Shown: positions 21,410 to 32,348 of the stretch, in pieces
How the letters are laid out: each line of letters begins with the position of its first letter
How positions within the stretch are numbered: the stretch's first letter is position 1
Source: Bdellovibrionales bacterium
GTDB lineage: Bacteria; Bdellovibrionota; Bdellovibrionia; Bdellovibrionales; JAUICD01
Length of the DNA stretch: 64,000 nt
Reading direction: 5' to 3'
Assembly (NCBI GenBank): GCA_965203275.1
Contig: OZ241865.1
Location: 2,400,001-2,464,000, forward strand
Made by a program: the position numbers and the translations under genes
Notes under the pieces: generated by a model
Database searches by the model: none
What the model was told of the DNA's origin: nothing
What the model saw: only the letters and a program-made list of their open reading frames with translations

Positions 21410-21727
21410 ATGAGTGATTTTTTTAAAAAAATAAGCTGGCCAAATTTTTTTATGTGGGGTGTTTTTGCTATTATTTCATGTTTGGTAGGGCTTGTATCTT
21501 ACCAATTATATGACAATATACCTAAACAGATTGAAGAGGTTAAGATTGATCTTAAAGAGGTTAAGGATGATCTTAGAGCAGATCTTATTAGAGAGATTGA
21601 TAAGCTAGATAAAGATATTAAAATACTTAACACTGACATTAAAGAGATGGATAAAAAGAATGATCGAAATTTTAAGGACATACTTTTGAGATTGCCACGG
21701 AATGAAATAGCATCTATTGATAAATGA
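21410..21727 (+). CDS. Small N-terminally membrane-anchored coiled-coil protein
   Basis: AGGAGG RBS, TM segment FFMWGVFAIISCLVGLV, heptad-like IEEVKIDLKEVKDDLR. Confidence 0.75.
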   Translation: MSDFFKKISWPNFFMWGVFAIISCLVGLVSYQLYDNIPKQIEEVKIDLKEVKDDLRADLIREIDKLDKDIKILNTDIKEMDKKNDRNFKDILLRLPRNEIASIDK

Positions 21728-21768
21728 TTGACTTATAAGTGGATATGAAAAGCAAAGTTTCCATATTA

Positions 21769-21797
21769 AAAGAGGCCCTTGTGGCCTCTTTTTTTTA
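21769..21797 (+). terminator. Rho-independent terminator (possibly bidirectional); duplicated at 28220-28249
   Basis: aaaagaggcc-cttgt-ggcctctttt followed by a T run. Confidence 0.8.
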
Positions 21798-21821
21798 TTT
21801 GAAATTTTCTTAAGATTTTAT

Positions 21822-21850
21822 TTGACAGGAGTGTATCAAACTGATACACT
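21822..21850 (+). promoter_or_regulatory. Sigma70-type promoter with embedded palindromic operator
   Basis: TTGACA-N17-TACACT; perfect 9-bp inverted repeat agtgtatca-aac-tgatacact at 21830-21850. Confidence 0.6.
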
Positions 21851-21865
21851 GATAGTAAGGGATAT

Positions 21866-21958
21866 ATGAGAATTTATATCTCTATTTTTTTATGCAAAGA
21901 ATGTACATTCGTTGCTAATTATTTGAGTGAGTTTTTTAACAAGTTTAAAAAAGCTTAA
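21866..21958 (+). CDS. Putative 30-aa peptide MRIYISIFLCKECTFVANYLSEFFNKFKKA
   Basis: Lies between the promoter above and a terminator at 21986-22021; TAAGGGA RBS-like sequence. Confidence 0.35.
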   Translation: MRIYISIFLCKECTFVANYLSEFFNKFKKA

Positions 21959-21985
21959 ATTAATCGTTAATTTTGAGTTTTTTTA

Positions 21986-22021
21986 GGGATGGGTTTTTGT
22001 GAGAAGCCCATCCTTTTTTTT
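21986..22021 (+). terminator. Rho-independent terminator
   Basis: ggatgggttt...aagcccatcc hairpin followed by a T run. Confidence 0.7.
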
Positions 22022-22352
22022 CTTTATCGGGTTTTATTAAGTTTTACTTTAATTTGTTAATTAATTAAAGTTAATTATACCAAACAAAAAAATAAAGTCA
22101 AGAATAAAGGCAAAAAAAAAGCTTGCAAAGTGGTTTTTAATAAGCACGGGTTATAGTTAGGGCCTGCCAGGGAGCCTGATCACAACACTAAACCACTATT
22201 TTTGATAAAATCTACTTATATATTTAAGTTCTATAGCCTTTTTTCAGATAAATAGGATGATAAACTTCCTTGTGAATTATAAAAAGACCGGCTTGAAAAG
22301 AGCATAAAGGCCGTTTGCTACGGCCTGTATATTCTTATTAAATAGATAATAG

Positions 22353-23276
22353 TTATTCTGCCGACTCTCTTAAGAGTCTTTTCACATCTTCTGAAAGTAC
22401 TCTCTCATAGTCTAAGATACTAAATCCAAAGTTGTCTTCAAGATCGATGTTAGCTCCGGCCTCTAGCAATGCCCTTACAACCTCAATATGGTCTTCAAAA
22501 CTAGCATACATTAAAGCCGTATAGCCATGCCTCTCTTGAAAATCGACGTCCGCACCGGCCGCTAGCAATGCCCTTACAGACTGCAAAAGTCCCTCACGAC
22601 TAGCATACATTAAAACTGTATAGCCGTTTCTGTCTGGAACATCGATGTTAGTACCCTCGTTAGCTACGGCAGCTCCGGCCACTAGCAATGCCCTTACAAC
22701 ACCAAAACAGCCTGCATTATGAGCCGACCATAAAGCTGTCTTGCCTTTTTGGTCTAGCATCTTGACATTAGCTCCGGCATCTAGCAATACCCTTACAACT
22801 TCAATATGGCATTCACGACTAGCATCAGTTAAAGCCGTATCGCCATTTAAAGCCCTTTCGCCAAAATCCGACCTGCCAATTTTTCTTTGAATATTGACGT
22901 CAGCACCGGCCACTATTAATGCCCTTACAACTTCAATATAGCCTCCAGAGCTAGCATCCATTAAAGCAGTATAGCCATAATAAGCTTGAAGATTGACGTT
23001 AGCTCCGGCTGCTAGCAATGCCCTTACAATCTCTATATGACCATATTGGCTTGCTAACATTAAAGCCGTATAGCCATTACTACTTTGATAATTGACGTTA
23101 GCACCTTTTTCTAGCAAATTCCTTATATCCTCTATATCGCCCCATTTAACAGCTTCTATGAAATCCTTATGGATATTTAGAGGTTCATCTCGATGAAAAT
23201 AAAGTTGTGTTCCTTCAACATTTTGACATACAACCATGGACAAAAATAAAAATATAGATATAAAAATATTTCTCAT
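22353..23276 (-). CDS. Secreted ankyrin-repeat protein
   Basis: About 7 ankyrin repeats; leader and upstream ~200 bp are shared with 19702..20691. Confidence 0.92.
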   Translation of the reverse strand: MRNIFISIFLFLSMVVCQNVEGTQLYFHRDEPLNIHKDFIEAVKWGDIEDIRNLLEKGANVNYQSSNGYTALMLASQYGHIEIVRALLAAGANVNLQAYYGYTALMDASSGGYIEVVRALIVAGADVNIQRKIGRSDFGERALNGDTALTDASRECHIEVVRVLLDAGANVKMLDQKGKTALWSAHNAGCFGVVRALLVAGAAVANEGTNIDVPDRNGYTVLMYASREGLLQSVRALLAAGADVDFQERHGYTALMYASFEDHIEVVRALLEAGANIDLEDNFGFSILDYERVLSEDVKRLLRESAE

Positions 23277-23687
23277 TGTTTGTTACTCCTTTTAAATGGG
23301 TTTAAATTTTTTTTAAGTTAAATAACAATAAAGTACATACAAGATTAAAACCTTGATTAAAAGGGCTTTTTCTATGTTTTAGAAGTAACCCTTGATAATT
23401 TTTGTAGTTGTATCTTATTTAGGGCCGAAGTCAAGCATTTTTAAGAATTAAGAAAAAAGTGAATAGGAACATCCTCTAAGTAAGTCTAAAGCCCTGCCGA
23501 TAGAGCTTGACGTATTTTGTCTACATTGACCAATTTTGTCTCCCATCAGAAAATCTATTTTACTTAACTTTAGTATTTATAAGGCTTTTAGTCTTTTAGA
23601 CAAAAAGTTAATTATGGCCTATACTTTGCAGGTATATACTTTAATATTATTTTTTTATTCCATAAAACTAAAAAACAAGGAGTTAAA

Positions 23688-24689
23688 GTGAGTATTAAAT
23701 TTTATAAAACCATATTGTTAGTTATATTTTGTTTATCTTTCATAAGTCCTATAAAATTGCAAGCCTATTGTCAATTTGAAGGATGCGGTGTTTCAAGCAA
23801 TTTAGATGAAGCACCTCTTACACTTCAAGAAGCTCAAGAAATAAAGGAATTCTACACGTCTGTTGAACGTGACTTATCAGACAACCTTGAGGTCTTACAA
23901 GATGGTACTTATCAAGTTAGGTTTTCAGACGACGTCATGGTTGCAATAACTTCTGGAGCTTTTTTCAGAGTAAAAGGAATGTTTGATAATAAAGTGACAA
24001 TTGTGGATGAAACACGGATTGAAGAAATAAGGCAGGACAGGATAAGAGACCGAGAGACTAAAGAGATTGTAAAACATGAATATGAAAGCGGTAATAAGCG
24101 TTTAAAAAAGCTTTTAAAAGAATACCCCCGTGTATCTATAGAAGAGACACCTGATAAAATGACCACTTATATTGATGGACCTAGAGGGAATTATCGCATT
24201 GGCATTTTTCGCAAATTAAAACTTTATCCTCAGGGATATGATGAACGTTACAATAACAGTACTTTACGCTTTTATCGTAAAGTTGGTGGGAAATGGATAA
24301 AAGCAACCCAGGATTTGGTGTCAACAGAAATGCATTTGTACTACCTTTTAAGTAAAGAAGACAAACATATAACTACAGCAATAAACTCATTACAGTCAAG
24401 AAGGGGTTTTAATAGGTATCTAAGAGCAAGGAATATCACGTGGCCCTTGAGTGTAAATAGACTTGTAAGAGCTGGCAGATTTGTAGGTCGATGGACCTTT
24501 CGAGCTGTTTTAGCTGGTGCGAGCATTGTAGGTGGTCAATTGCTTTTTGAACATGCTCAAGAGAATCACCCGGAAGAAACAGAGCTTGTTATAAATATCA
24601 CTAAAGAGCAATGGGAAATTTTGTCCACTAACGTAAGAGGCATCATCGAAGAGCTTTCTGAAAACGTCCTTAGTGAACTTGAATTATAA
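23688..24689 (+). CDS. Hypothetical secreted protein sharing its first ~38 aa with the ankyrin gene at 25358
   Basis: AAGGAG RBS, GTG start, leader ...SPIKLQAYCQFEGCG.SSN. Confidence 0.75.
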   Translation: MSIKFYKTILLVIFCLSFISPIKLQAYCQFEGCGVSSNLDEAPLTLQEAQEIKEFYTSVERDLSDNLEVLQDGTYQVRFSDDVMVAITSGAFFRVKGMFDNKVTIVDETRIEEIRQDRIRDRETKEIVKHEYESGNKRLKKLLKEYPRVSIEETPDKMTTYIDGPRGNYRIGIFRKLKLYPQGYDERYNNSTLRFYRKVGGKWIKATQDLVSTEMHLYYLLSKEDKHITTAINSLQSRRGFNRYLRARNITWPLSVNRLVRAGRFVGRWTFRAVLAGASIVGGQLLFEHAQENHPEETELVINITKEQWEILSTNVRGIIEELSENVLSELEL

Positions 24690-24787
24690 GTCCTTATAAT
24701 CATCCATTTATAGGTTTTATCCTTAAGCAAGTCTAAAGCCCGTCTTTAATTTTTCTAAACCCCTATATTTCCATAGTTTTTATAAGG

Positions 24788-25280
24788 AAATTTTTCCTTA
24801 ACATTTCACTCAAAATGCATCATGCCATCTTTTGCACTTGAAATGAACCACACCTCTGGTGTGTTTTTTGGTGTTGCCTGCAAAGGCTTTCGCCTTTGAC
24901 AAAATAGGCAACACCTAAAAAATCCATTCATTTCAAGTAAGAAAGGATATCCTTGCCACTTGACATCATGTTAAGGAAAATGTCCCTCTAATGGTAGTTA
25001 GCCCGACGGCTACCGCCGTCGATCAAAGGCTAACCGCCTCAAAAGCTTGTTCAATTTTAGGAAGAAGAATCTCTTCGTCTCTTGACCACATGTTAAGGAA
25101 AAAGTTCCTTCTTACACCTTGGGCAATGACCGCGTTTGTTTCACTAAAAATAAACCAGCCGTTTGTTTCACTAAAAGTGGTCAGGCTTTCTAGGTGATGA
25201 CCATTTTATCGACGGCGAAAGCCGTCGTGGTCATCGCCAGAAAGTGGCCAGAGGTCAGACCACTTTTAGTGAAAAAAGCG
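24788..25280. repeat. Cluster 2 of structured repeat family (~3 units)
   Basis: Units at ~24835-24980, 24995-25105 and 25168-25275. Confidence 0.9.
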
Positions 25281-25357
25281 GCTTGACTTTAGAAAGGTTA
25301 TGTGGTATATTTGCATTAAGTAAAATTATGTAACCCCTAAACAAAGAAGGAGTCAAA

Positions 25358-26044
25358 ATGAATATTAAGTTTTATCAAACCATGGTTTTAGTTGTATTTT
25401 GTTTATCTTTTCTAAGTCCTATAAAATTGCAAGCCTATTGTCAATTTGAAGGATGCGGTGATTCAAGCAATACGACTTTAATAAGTGCCATCCTTAGTGG
25501 AGATATAGAGGCTGTAAGGTCATCTCTAGCGAATGGAGCTGACGCCAATTATCAAGACAAATATAGTGGTTTTACGGCTTTAATGGGTGCTAGTGAGAAA
25601 GGCCATATAGATATTGTAAGGTTATTGCTAGAAAATGGTGCGGACGTCGATCTTTTAAAAGATTTTTATGGTAATACGGCTTTAATACATGCTAGTCGTG
25701 AAGGCCATATAGAAATTGTAAAGATATTGCTAGCGGCTGGTGCGGACGTCAATCATCAAAACAAAATAGGCAGGACGGCTTTATATTATGCTAGTTCTGA
25801 AGGCCATATAGATATTGTAAGGTTATTGCTAGAAAATGGTGCAGACGTTAATCATCAAGACAGTGGTGTTGGCTACACGGCTTTAATGATTGCTAGTTTT
25901 GAAGGACATATAGAGGTTGTAAGGGCATTGCTAGCGGCCGGAGCTAACGTTGATCCTGAAGACATTGCAGGATTGAGTATCTTAGACTATGAGGATTTTC
26001 TTTCAGAAGATGTGAAAAGACTTTTAAGAGAGTCGACAGAATAA
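25358..26044 (+). CDS. Secreted ankyrin-repeat protein
   Basis: About 5 ankyrin repeats; conserved C-cap SILDYE..LSEDVKRLLRES; AAGGAG RBS. Confidence 0.92.
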   Translation: MNIKFYQTMVLVVFCLSFLSPIKLQAYCQFEGCGDSSNTTLISAILSGDIEAVRSSLANGADANYQDKYSGFTALMGASEKGHIDIVRLLLENGADVDLLKDFYGNTALIHASREGHIEIVKILLAAGADVNHQNKIGRTALYYASSEGHIDIVRLLLENGADVNHQDSGVGYTALMIASFEGHIEVVRALLAAGANVDPEDIAGLSILDYEDFLSEDVKRLLRESTE

Positions 26045-26065
26045 CTATCTATTTAATAAGAATAT

Positions 26066-26090
26066 AAAGGCCGTAGCAAACGGCCTTTAT
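26066..26090 (+). terminator. Hairpin shared downstream of all four ankyrin genes
   Basis: aaaggccgt-agcaa-acggccttt; variants at ~19552, ~22306 and ~62761. Confidence 0.55.
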
Positions 26091-26130
26091 GCTCATCATG
26101 CTTAAACTTTAAAATTAAAGGATTATGTGA

Positions 26131-26344
26131 TTAATCAACACCATTGGCCTCGTTTGCTAATACCTTGGCATCACTCATGGTCCATTCGTCATAACGACTG
26201 CCACCAATATAATACCTATTGCACCGATTGTAAATGTCACCGATGTTAAATTGCTATTATTGACTCCACCAAGGTTTGGTGTACACGTATTAGTTGTTGG
26301 TGCAGTATTGCTACAACTGTTTGCACCAATTTTCAAACCTAATT
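26131..26344 (-). pseudogene. Frameshifted type IV pilin 3' fragment (copy 2)
   Basis: Translates as LGLKIGANSCSNTAPTTNTCTPNLGGVNNSNLTSVTFTIGAIG, then a frameshift, then IGGSRYDEWTMSDAKVLANEANGVD*. Confidence 0.6.
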
Positions 26345-26379
26345 TCCTTATTTTTTAAAAAAATGCAGAGAAATGAAAG

Positions 26380-27215
26380 CCTTGTTTCCTTAACATTTCA
26401 CTCAAAATGAACTGGCCTCTGGCTACTTTTGAGCTGGATCTTCAATTTATTTCTTAAATTTCAAAATCATTTCCCTGAGACCAGACTCTTTCCCATTCAT
26501 ATCATTAGCTTTTACAACCTTTCATCTTATTTGGCTTTGAAATTCTGTGCTTACAAATAAAAAATCTGGATGCGAATGGTAATGGGCAATCAGCCCGACG
26601 GCTCACGCCGTCGTAAAAAGCTGGCTACCTCAAAAGCTTGTTCATTTTGAGTAGAGGAGGATCTCCTCATTCTCTACACCATGTTAGGGAAACAAGGTAT
26701 GCTTCTAAAATGTTTTTAGGGAGCAAACGGATTGCAAATAAAACACTTTTTCCTTAACATGGTGTTAAAAAACGAAGGGATCCTCCCTACTAAAAGTGGT
26801 CAAGCTTTCTAGGCAATGACCATTTTATCGACGGCGAGAGCCTTTGCAGGCAACACTCAAGGTGTAAGAAGGAACTTTTTCCTTAACATGTAGTTATGAG
26901 ACGAGGAGATCCTCCCTTACTAAAAGTAAACGGACTTTTGAGGTAGCCAGCCTTGATGAAGGAACTTTTTCCTTAACATTGTGTTAAAAAAGGAAAGGAT
27001 CTTTCCTACTAAAAATAAACGGATTTTTGAGGTATTGCTCTTTTTGGACAGCGTAAGCTGTCAGAGCAATGCCCAAAAACAGCCAGAGGCTGGTTTATTT
27101 TTAGTGAAAAAGATAAGAAGGCGAATAGCCTTCGGCTGGCTACCCAAAAGTGACCAGAGGTCAGTTTACTTTTAGTGAAACAGAGGTCAGTTCAATTTTA
27201 GGGAAAACAACGGCT
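26380..27215. repeat. Cluster 3 of structured repeat family (~5 full/partial units, one with a ~160-bp insertion)
   Basis: gtttccYtaacat ends and covarying stems. The insert at 26432-26590 recurs inverted at 60843-61000. Confidence 0.9.
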
Positions 27216-27225
27216 ACTTTTTTTA

Positions 27226-27707
27226 ATGTTAAAGCTCATCAAGACCTTATTTTCACGATGGTTTGACATACTTTGGTCTACATGATAAGATAAATATAAG
27301 TTTATGCAGGGGGTTAAAGCTTTTATTGATTTTTTAAAAGAATATATATATGGTGAGTGTATGAAAAAGAAAATAAGGGTTATTTTAGTATTAGTATTTT
27401 TTCTATCTAATGAGACATTTATTCTATGGCCTTGTCCTAAAGTCACATTCGATGGCATTAAACAATCAATGATGGATAAGTTAGAGAGAACGCTTATAAC
27501 TTATTTTTTCCCTTTAATTGTTCCACTGACTCATCCTACCATTTAAATCAGGTTAGTTCCGGCTGATTAAATCATCACACTTTCAGAATTTGTAAATGCC
27601 ACTAAACTTCTTTATTAAAAAAACCGATAGATATTCTGACAGTCCAGTCCATGCCTAAACCTACAACTTGCCTGATAAATAAGAACATGGATGCATGAAA
27701 ATAAAAC
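27226..27707. repeat. ~480-bp leader module, copy 2
   Basis: Near-identical to 20913-21396 apart from small indels. Confidence 0.9.
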
Positions 27708-27730
27708 TAAAAACTAAAAGGAGAGAAATA

Positions 27731-28078
27731 ATGGAATTAGTATATGAAACTCTACCAATAATAGGTATTCTTGTAGGTATCTTTATAATTGGTGTCTTTA
27801 GTGTTGTAGGCAGTTTAATTATGATAAATAATGTTCTAAATAAACCTATCAAAGCAGAAGTGGATTTTGTTAAGGAACAAGCTATTTCTACAAAAAAAGA
27901 CATGGAAGACATTAAAAAGCAAGTATATAATCATATACCTACCGAGATTAAGAAAATTCAAGAAGATAATGTGAAAATAATAAAAGTTATAGAACTATTG
28001 TCTGAAAATGTTAATAGGTTATTAAAGCTCCAGGAAAAGAAACCTCATAATAATTTGACACCATCAAATATAGGATAA
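27731..28078 (+). CDS. Small N-terminally membrane-anchored coiled-coil protein
   Basis: AAGGAG before ATG 27731; TM segment IIGILVGIFIIGVFSVVGSLIMI followed by a charged helical region. Confidence 0.75.
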   Translation: MELVYETLPIIGILVGIFIIGVFSVVGSLIMINNVLNKPIKAEVDFVKEQAISTKKDMEDIKKQVYNHIPTEIKKIQEDNVKIIKVIELLSENVNRLLKLQEKKPHNNLTPSNIG

Positions 28079-28358
28079 TATACTATAATTAATTTCTACT
28101 GTTGTAGATTAGATACAATTTGAGATTTGGTGATCTCTATCATCTAAAGATCATCTAAAGATAGGGATTGACTTATAAATTGACTTATAAGAGGATATGA
28201 AAAGTAAAGTTTCCATATTAAAAGAGGCCCTTGTGGCCTCTTTTTTTTTATATACATTAATTGCATGCAGTGTGTCAGTGTTCTACTAAATTCTTATAGA
28301 TAAGGAATTAATCTCTCTAAAATAGCAGTGGTAAAATTGTGGGCAATAGGAGGTTTAT

Positions 28359-28493
28359 ATGTTTTTTAAAATTATATTTGTCATTTTATCGACTATTTCA
28401 ATTTTAGTGGCTTGGGCTAAGAATAATGATAAGAGAGAGATTGTGGTTAATATTATTCAATGCCATGATAAACCATCTAAAGTCAGGGCTTAG
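28359..28493 (+). CDS. 44-aa signal-peptide-like ORF, possibly a truncated remnant
   Basis: AGGAGG RBS; MFFKIIFVILSTISILVAWAKNNDK... Confidence 0.4.
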   Translation: MFFKIIFVILSTISILVAWAKNNDKREIVVNIIQCHDKPSKVRA

Positions 28494-28630
28494 CGATATT
28501 CCTTTATAAGCATGGCTTATAGTAAGTCCTGAGTTTGATAGCCTGCAAAAATAAAGTTGAGCAGTAGGTTATAAGCGTAATAAGATTTTGTGCCACTAGG
28601 TTTTTGTTTTGTGGCAGATTGAGGAAAGTC

Positions 28631-28957
28631 TTATTTTTGTTGCTTTTTCTGTTGTTGTTTATTGAATTGAGCATAACGTTTTTGAAATCTTTCTACACGA
28701 CCTTCCACATCTACCAACTTTTGCTTGCCTGTATAAAAAGGATGACATACATTGCAAATATCTAAGTATATCTCTGGGAGAGTAGAACCTGTTACAAAGG
28801 AGTTTCCACACACACAAGAAACCTTTGCTTGTGCATGCCATTGGAGCTTAGGGGCTTTTTTCTGACTTTTTAGCTTGTCTCGTTGTGGTTTAGAAGGCTT
28901 TGAATCTGAAGCCTTTGATTGTAATTTTTGTGGAGATTGATTTTTTTGTTTTTGCAT
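28631..28957 (-). CDS. rpmE: 50S ribosomal protein L31 (Zn-binding type) with N-terminal extension
   Basis: CVCGN...[23 protein letters not shown] motif. Confidence 0.92.
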   Translation of the reverse strand: MQKQKNQSPQKLQSKASDSKPSKPQRDKLKSQKKAPKLQWHAQAKVSCVCGNSFVTGSTLPEIYLDICNVCHPFYTGKQKLVDVEGRVERFQKRYAQFNKQQQKKQQK

Positions 28958-29052
28958 GATAATACCTTTTTATATTTTGATCCCTTTACTTTTTTATCTT
29001 TTTTAAAATCTTTTTCATTAAATATAAATGCTATAATGTAATAAAATAATTT

Positions 29053-29466
29053 TTAATTTTCTAATTTTTTGTCTTCAACAAGAGCAAGCCTCAATCTTGC
29101 CTTTTGAGCTTTGAGGGCATTGCTCTCAAAGTTTTTCCCTTTTTCCATAGCATCTGTAGCCTCTTTCAATGCTCTCATAGCTCTTTTTTTATCGATGTTT
29201 TCTGGAACTTCTGCTGTTTCAGCTAATACATTCACAGTATTATTGAAAACCTCTAAATATCCCCAAAAAATAGCAACCTTATGCACAAAAGACTGCCTCT
29301 TTTGTTTATACTTTAAAAGCCCTACACCTAATGTAGTCAATAAGGGAGCATGGTCTTTTAAAACCTCAATTTCCCCTTGAGTGGCCACAGCTTGAAGGCT
29401 TTCAATGGGTAGATTGAAGGCTAGCTTTTGAGTAGGAGTCAATAAAGTCAACTGAAGATCACTCAT
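29053..29466 (-). CDS. atpC: ATP synthase F1 epsilon subunit
   Basis: GEIEVLKDHAPLLT, GYLEV...V.VLAETAE; directly downstream of atpD. Confidence 0.92.
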   Translation of the reverse strand: MSDLQLTLLTPTQKLAFNLPIESLQAVATQGEIEVLKDHAPLLTTLGVGLLKYKQKRQSFVHKVAIFWGYLEVFNNTVNVLAETAEVPENIDKKRAMRALKEATDAMEKGKNFESNALKAQKARLRLALVEDKKLEN

Positions 29467-30876
<1,410 letters not shown>

Positions 30877-31025
30877 TCAAAGCTCCTTCTTTTTAGCTGA
30901 TAACAGTTCTTATACTATAAGGCCTATTTTTGTATCAAATAGTTTATAAAGGCAAGAAAAAAATTAGATTTTAAAAGGTTTTATTTTATTCCAAGCAAAT
31001 CTAAAACTACAAAGCTAAAATTGAT

Positions 31026-32342
31026 CTATAAATTAAATTCTAAAGGCTTGCCGTAAGGTCGGCCAATAAACTCTTCATCCCATAAGGCAACATGGCCTTC
31101 AATGATAGAAGCTACAGGCCAGCCATGAACAGTCATGCCATCGTAGGGTGTCCACCGACATTTGCTTTCAATCCAATCATTTGTAATTGTTTTTTTCTTC
31201 TTCAAATCAACAATACTCAAATTTGCTAATTGATCGGGTGCTATAAAACCCATACCTTGAATACCATAGATCTTTGCAGGATTTATACAGAGAAGTTCAA
31301 CAACTCGTTGTAAAGTGAGTTTTTTTTGAAAACACATATTGAGCATCACAGGTAATAAGGTTTGTACACCCGGCATACCTGAAGGACTCTTAGGATAAGA
31401 CTTTTGTTTCTCACTTAAGAGATGCGGAGCATGGTCAGAACCTATCACGTCTACCGTGCCATCTAAAACAGCTTGCATGATACGTTCTTGATGTCTCTTT
31501 GAACGGATAGGAGGGTTCATTTGAATTAAACTACCTAAGCGATCATAATCCTCTGGAAAAGAAAATATCAAATATTGTGGTAGAGTTTCAACAGTCACAA
31601 GATTGTCTTTATAACGTTTGAGAAAGTTCATTTCCTCTGCGGTAGAAACATGTAAAATATGAATCTTTTTTTTGAAAGTTTTAGCTAGCTTGACAATACG
31701 TCGGGTGGCTATGAGAGCTGTTTGTTCATTTCTCCACTCAGGATGAAAATGACTTGTTGCCTTATGAGGGATTAACTTTTCTCTTTCATTGAGCAAATCT
31801 TCATCTTCACAGTGAAAAGCTGCTCTCCTTTGGATCACCTGTAATAGTTTTTTGAGGTCTTCTTGTTGATGAACACAAAGACCACCTGTGGACTTCCCTA
31901 AAAAAACCTTTACACCACAGCAACCAGGAGATTGCTCTAATTCGCCTAGTTGCTCTATATTGAAAGGCAAACAGCCCATAAATAAGGCAAAATCTACCCA
32001 AGACCAAGTAGCTACTTGGTCCTTTTTAGCTTGATAGGATTCTTGATCTACGATAGGAGGTAGGGTATTGGGCATATCAAAAACAGCTGTCACACCTCCC
32101 TTTAAAGCTGCTTTAGAACCTGTTGCAAAGTCTTCTTTATATGTCATACCAGGTTGTCGAAAATGTACTTGAGTATCTATGACACCTGGTAAGACAGTTA
32201 AACCTCTGAGGTTTCTTTCTTCTCTGGCAGAGGCATGGGGGGGATTAATAGCAACAATTTTGTTGTCTGATATGGCAAGGCTTCCCTGTTCTAACTTGCC
32301 TCGCATATAAATATTTGCATTTTTGAGTAGTAAGTCCCACAT
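31026..32342 (-). CDS. pyrC: Dihydroorotase
   Basis: DTQVHFRQPG, DMPNT, HCED, MNPPIR, GSDHAPH. Confidence 0.9.
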   Translation of the reverse strand: MWDLLLKNANIYMRGKLEQGSLAISDNKIVAINPPHASAREERNLRGLTVLPGVIDTQVHFRQPGMTYKEDFATGSKAALKGGVTAVFDMPNTLPPIVDQESYQAKKDQVATWSWVDFALFMGCLPFNIEQLGELEQSPGCCGVKVFLGKSTGGLCVHQQEDLKKLLQVIQRRAAFHCEDEDLLNEREKLIPHKATSHFHPEWRNEQTALIATRRIVKLAKTFKKKIHILHVSTAEEMNFLKRYKDNLVTVETLPQYLIFSFPEDYDRLGSLIQMNPPIRSKRHQERIMQAVLDGTVDVIGSDHAPHLLSEKQKSYPKSPSGMPGVQTLLPVMLNMCFQKKLTLQRVVELLCINPAKIYGIQGMGFIAPDQLANLSIVDLKKKKTITNDWIESKCRWTPYDGMTVHGWPVASIIEGHVALWDEEFIGRPYGKPLEFNL

Positions 32343-32348
32343 AAAACC

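Noticed and set aside
19702..26044. Ankyrin variation as a diversity-generating retroelement
   Set aside because: There is no reverse transcriptase in the window, and differences between copies do not appear adenine-specific.
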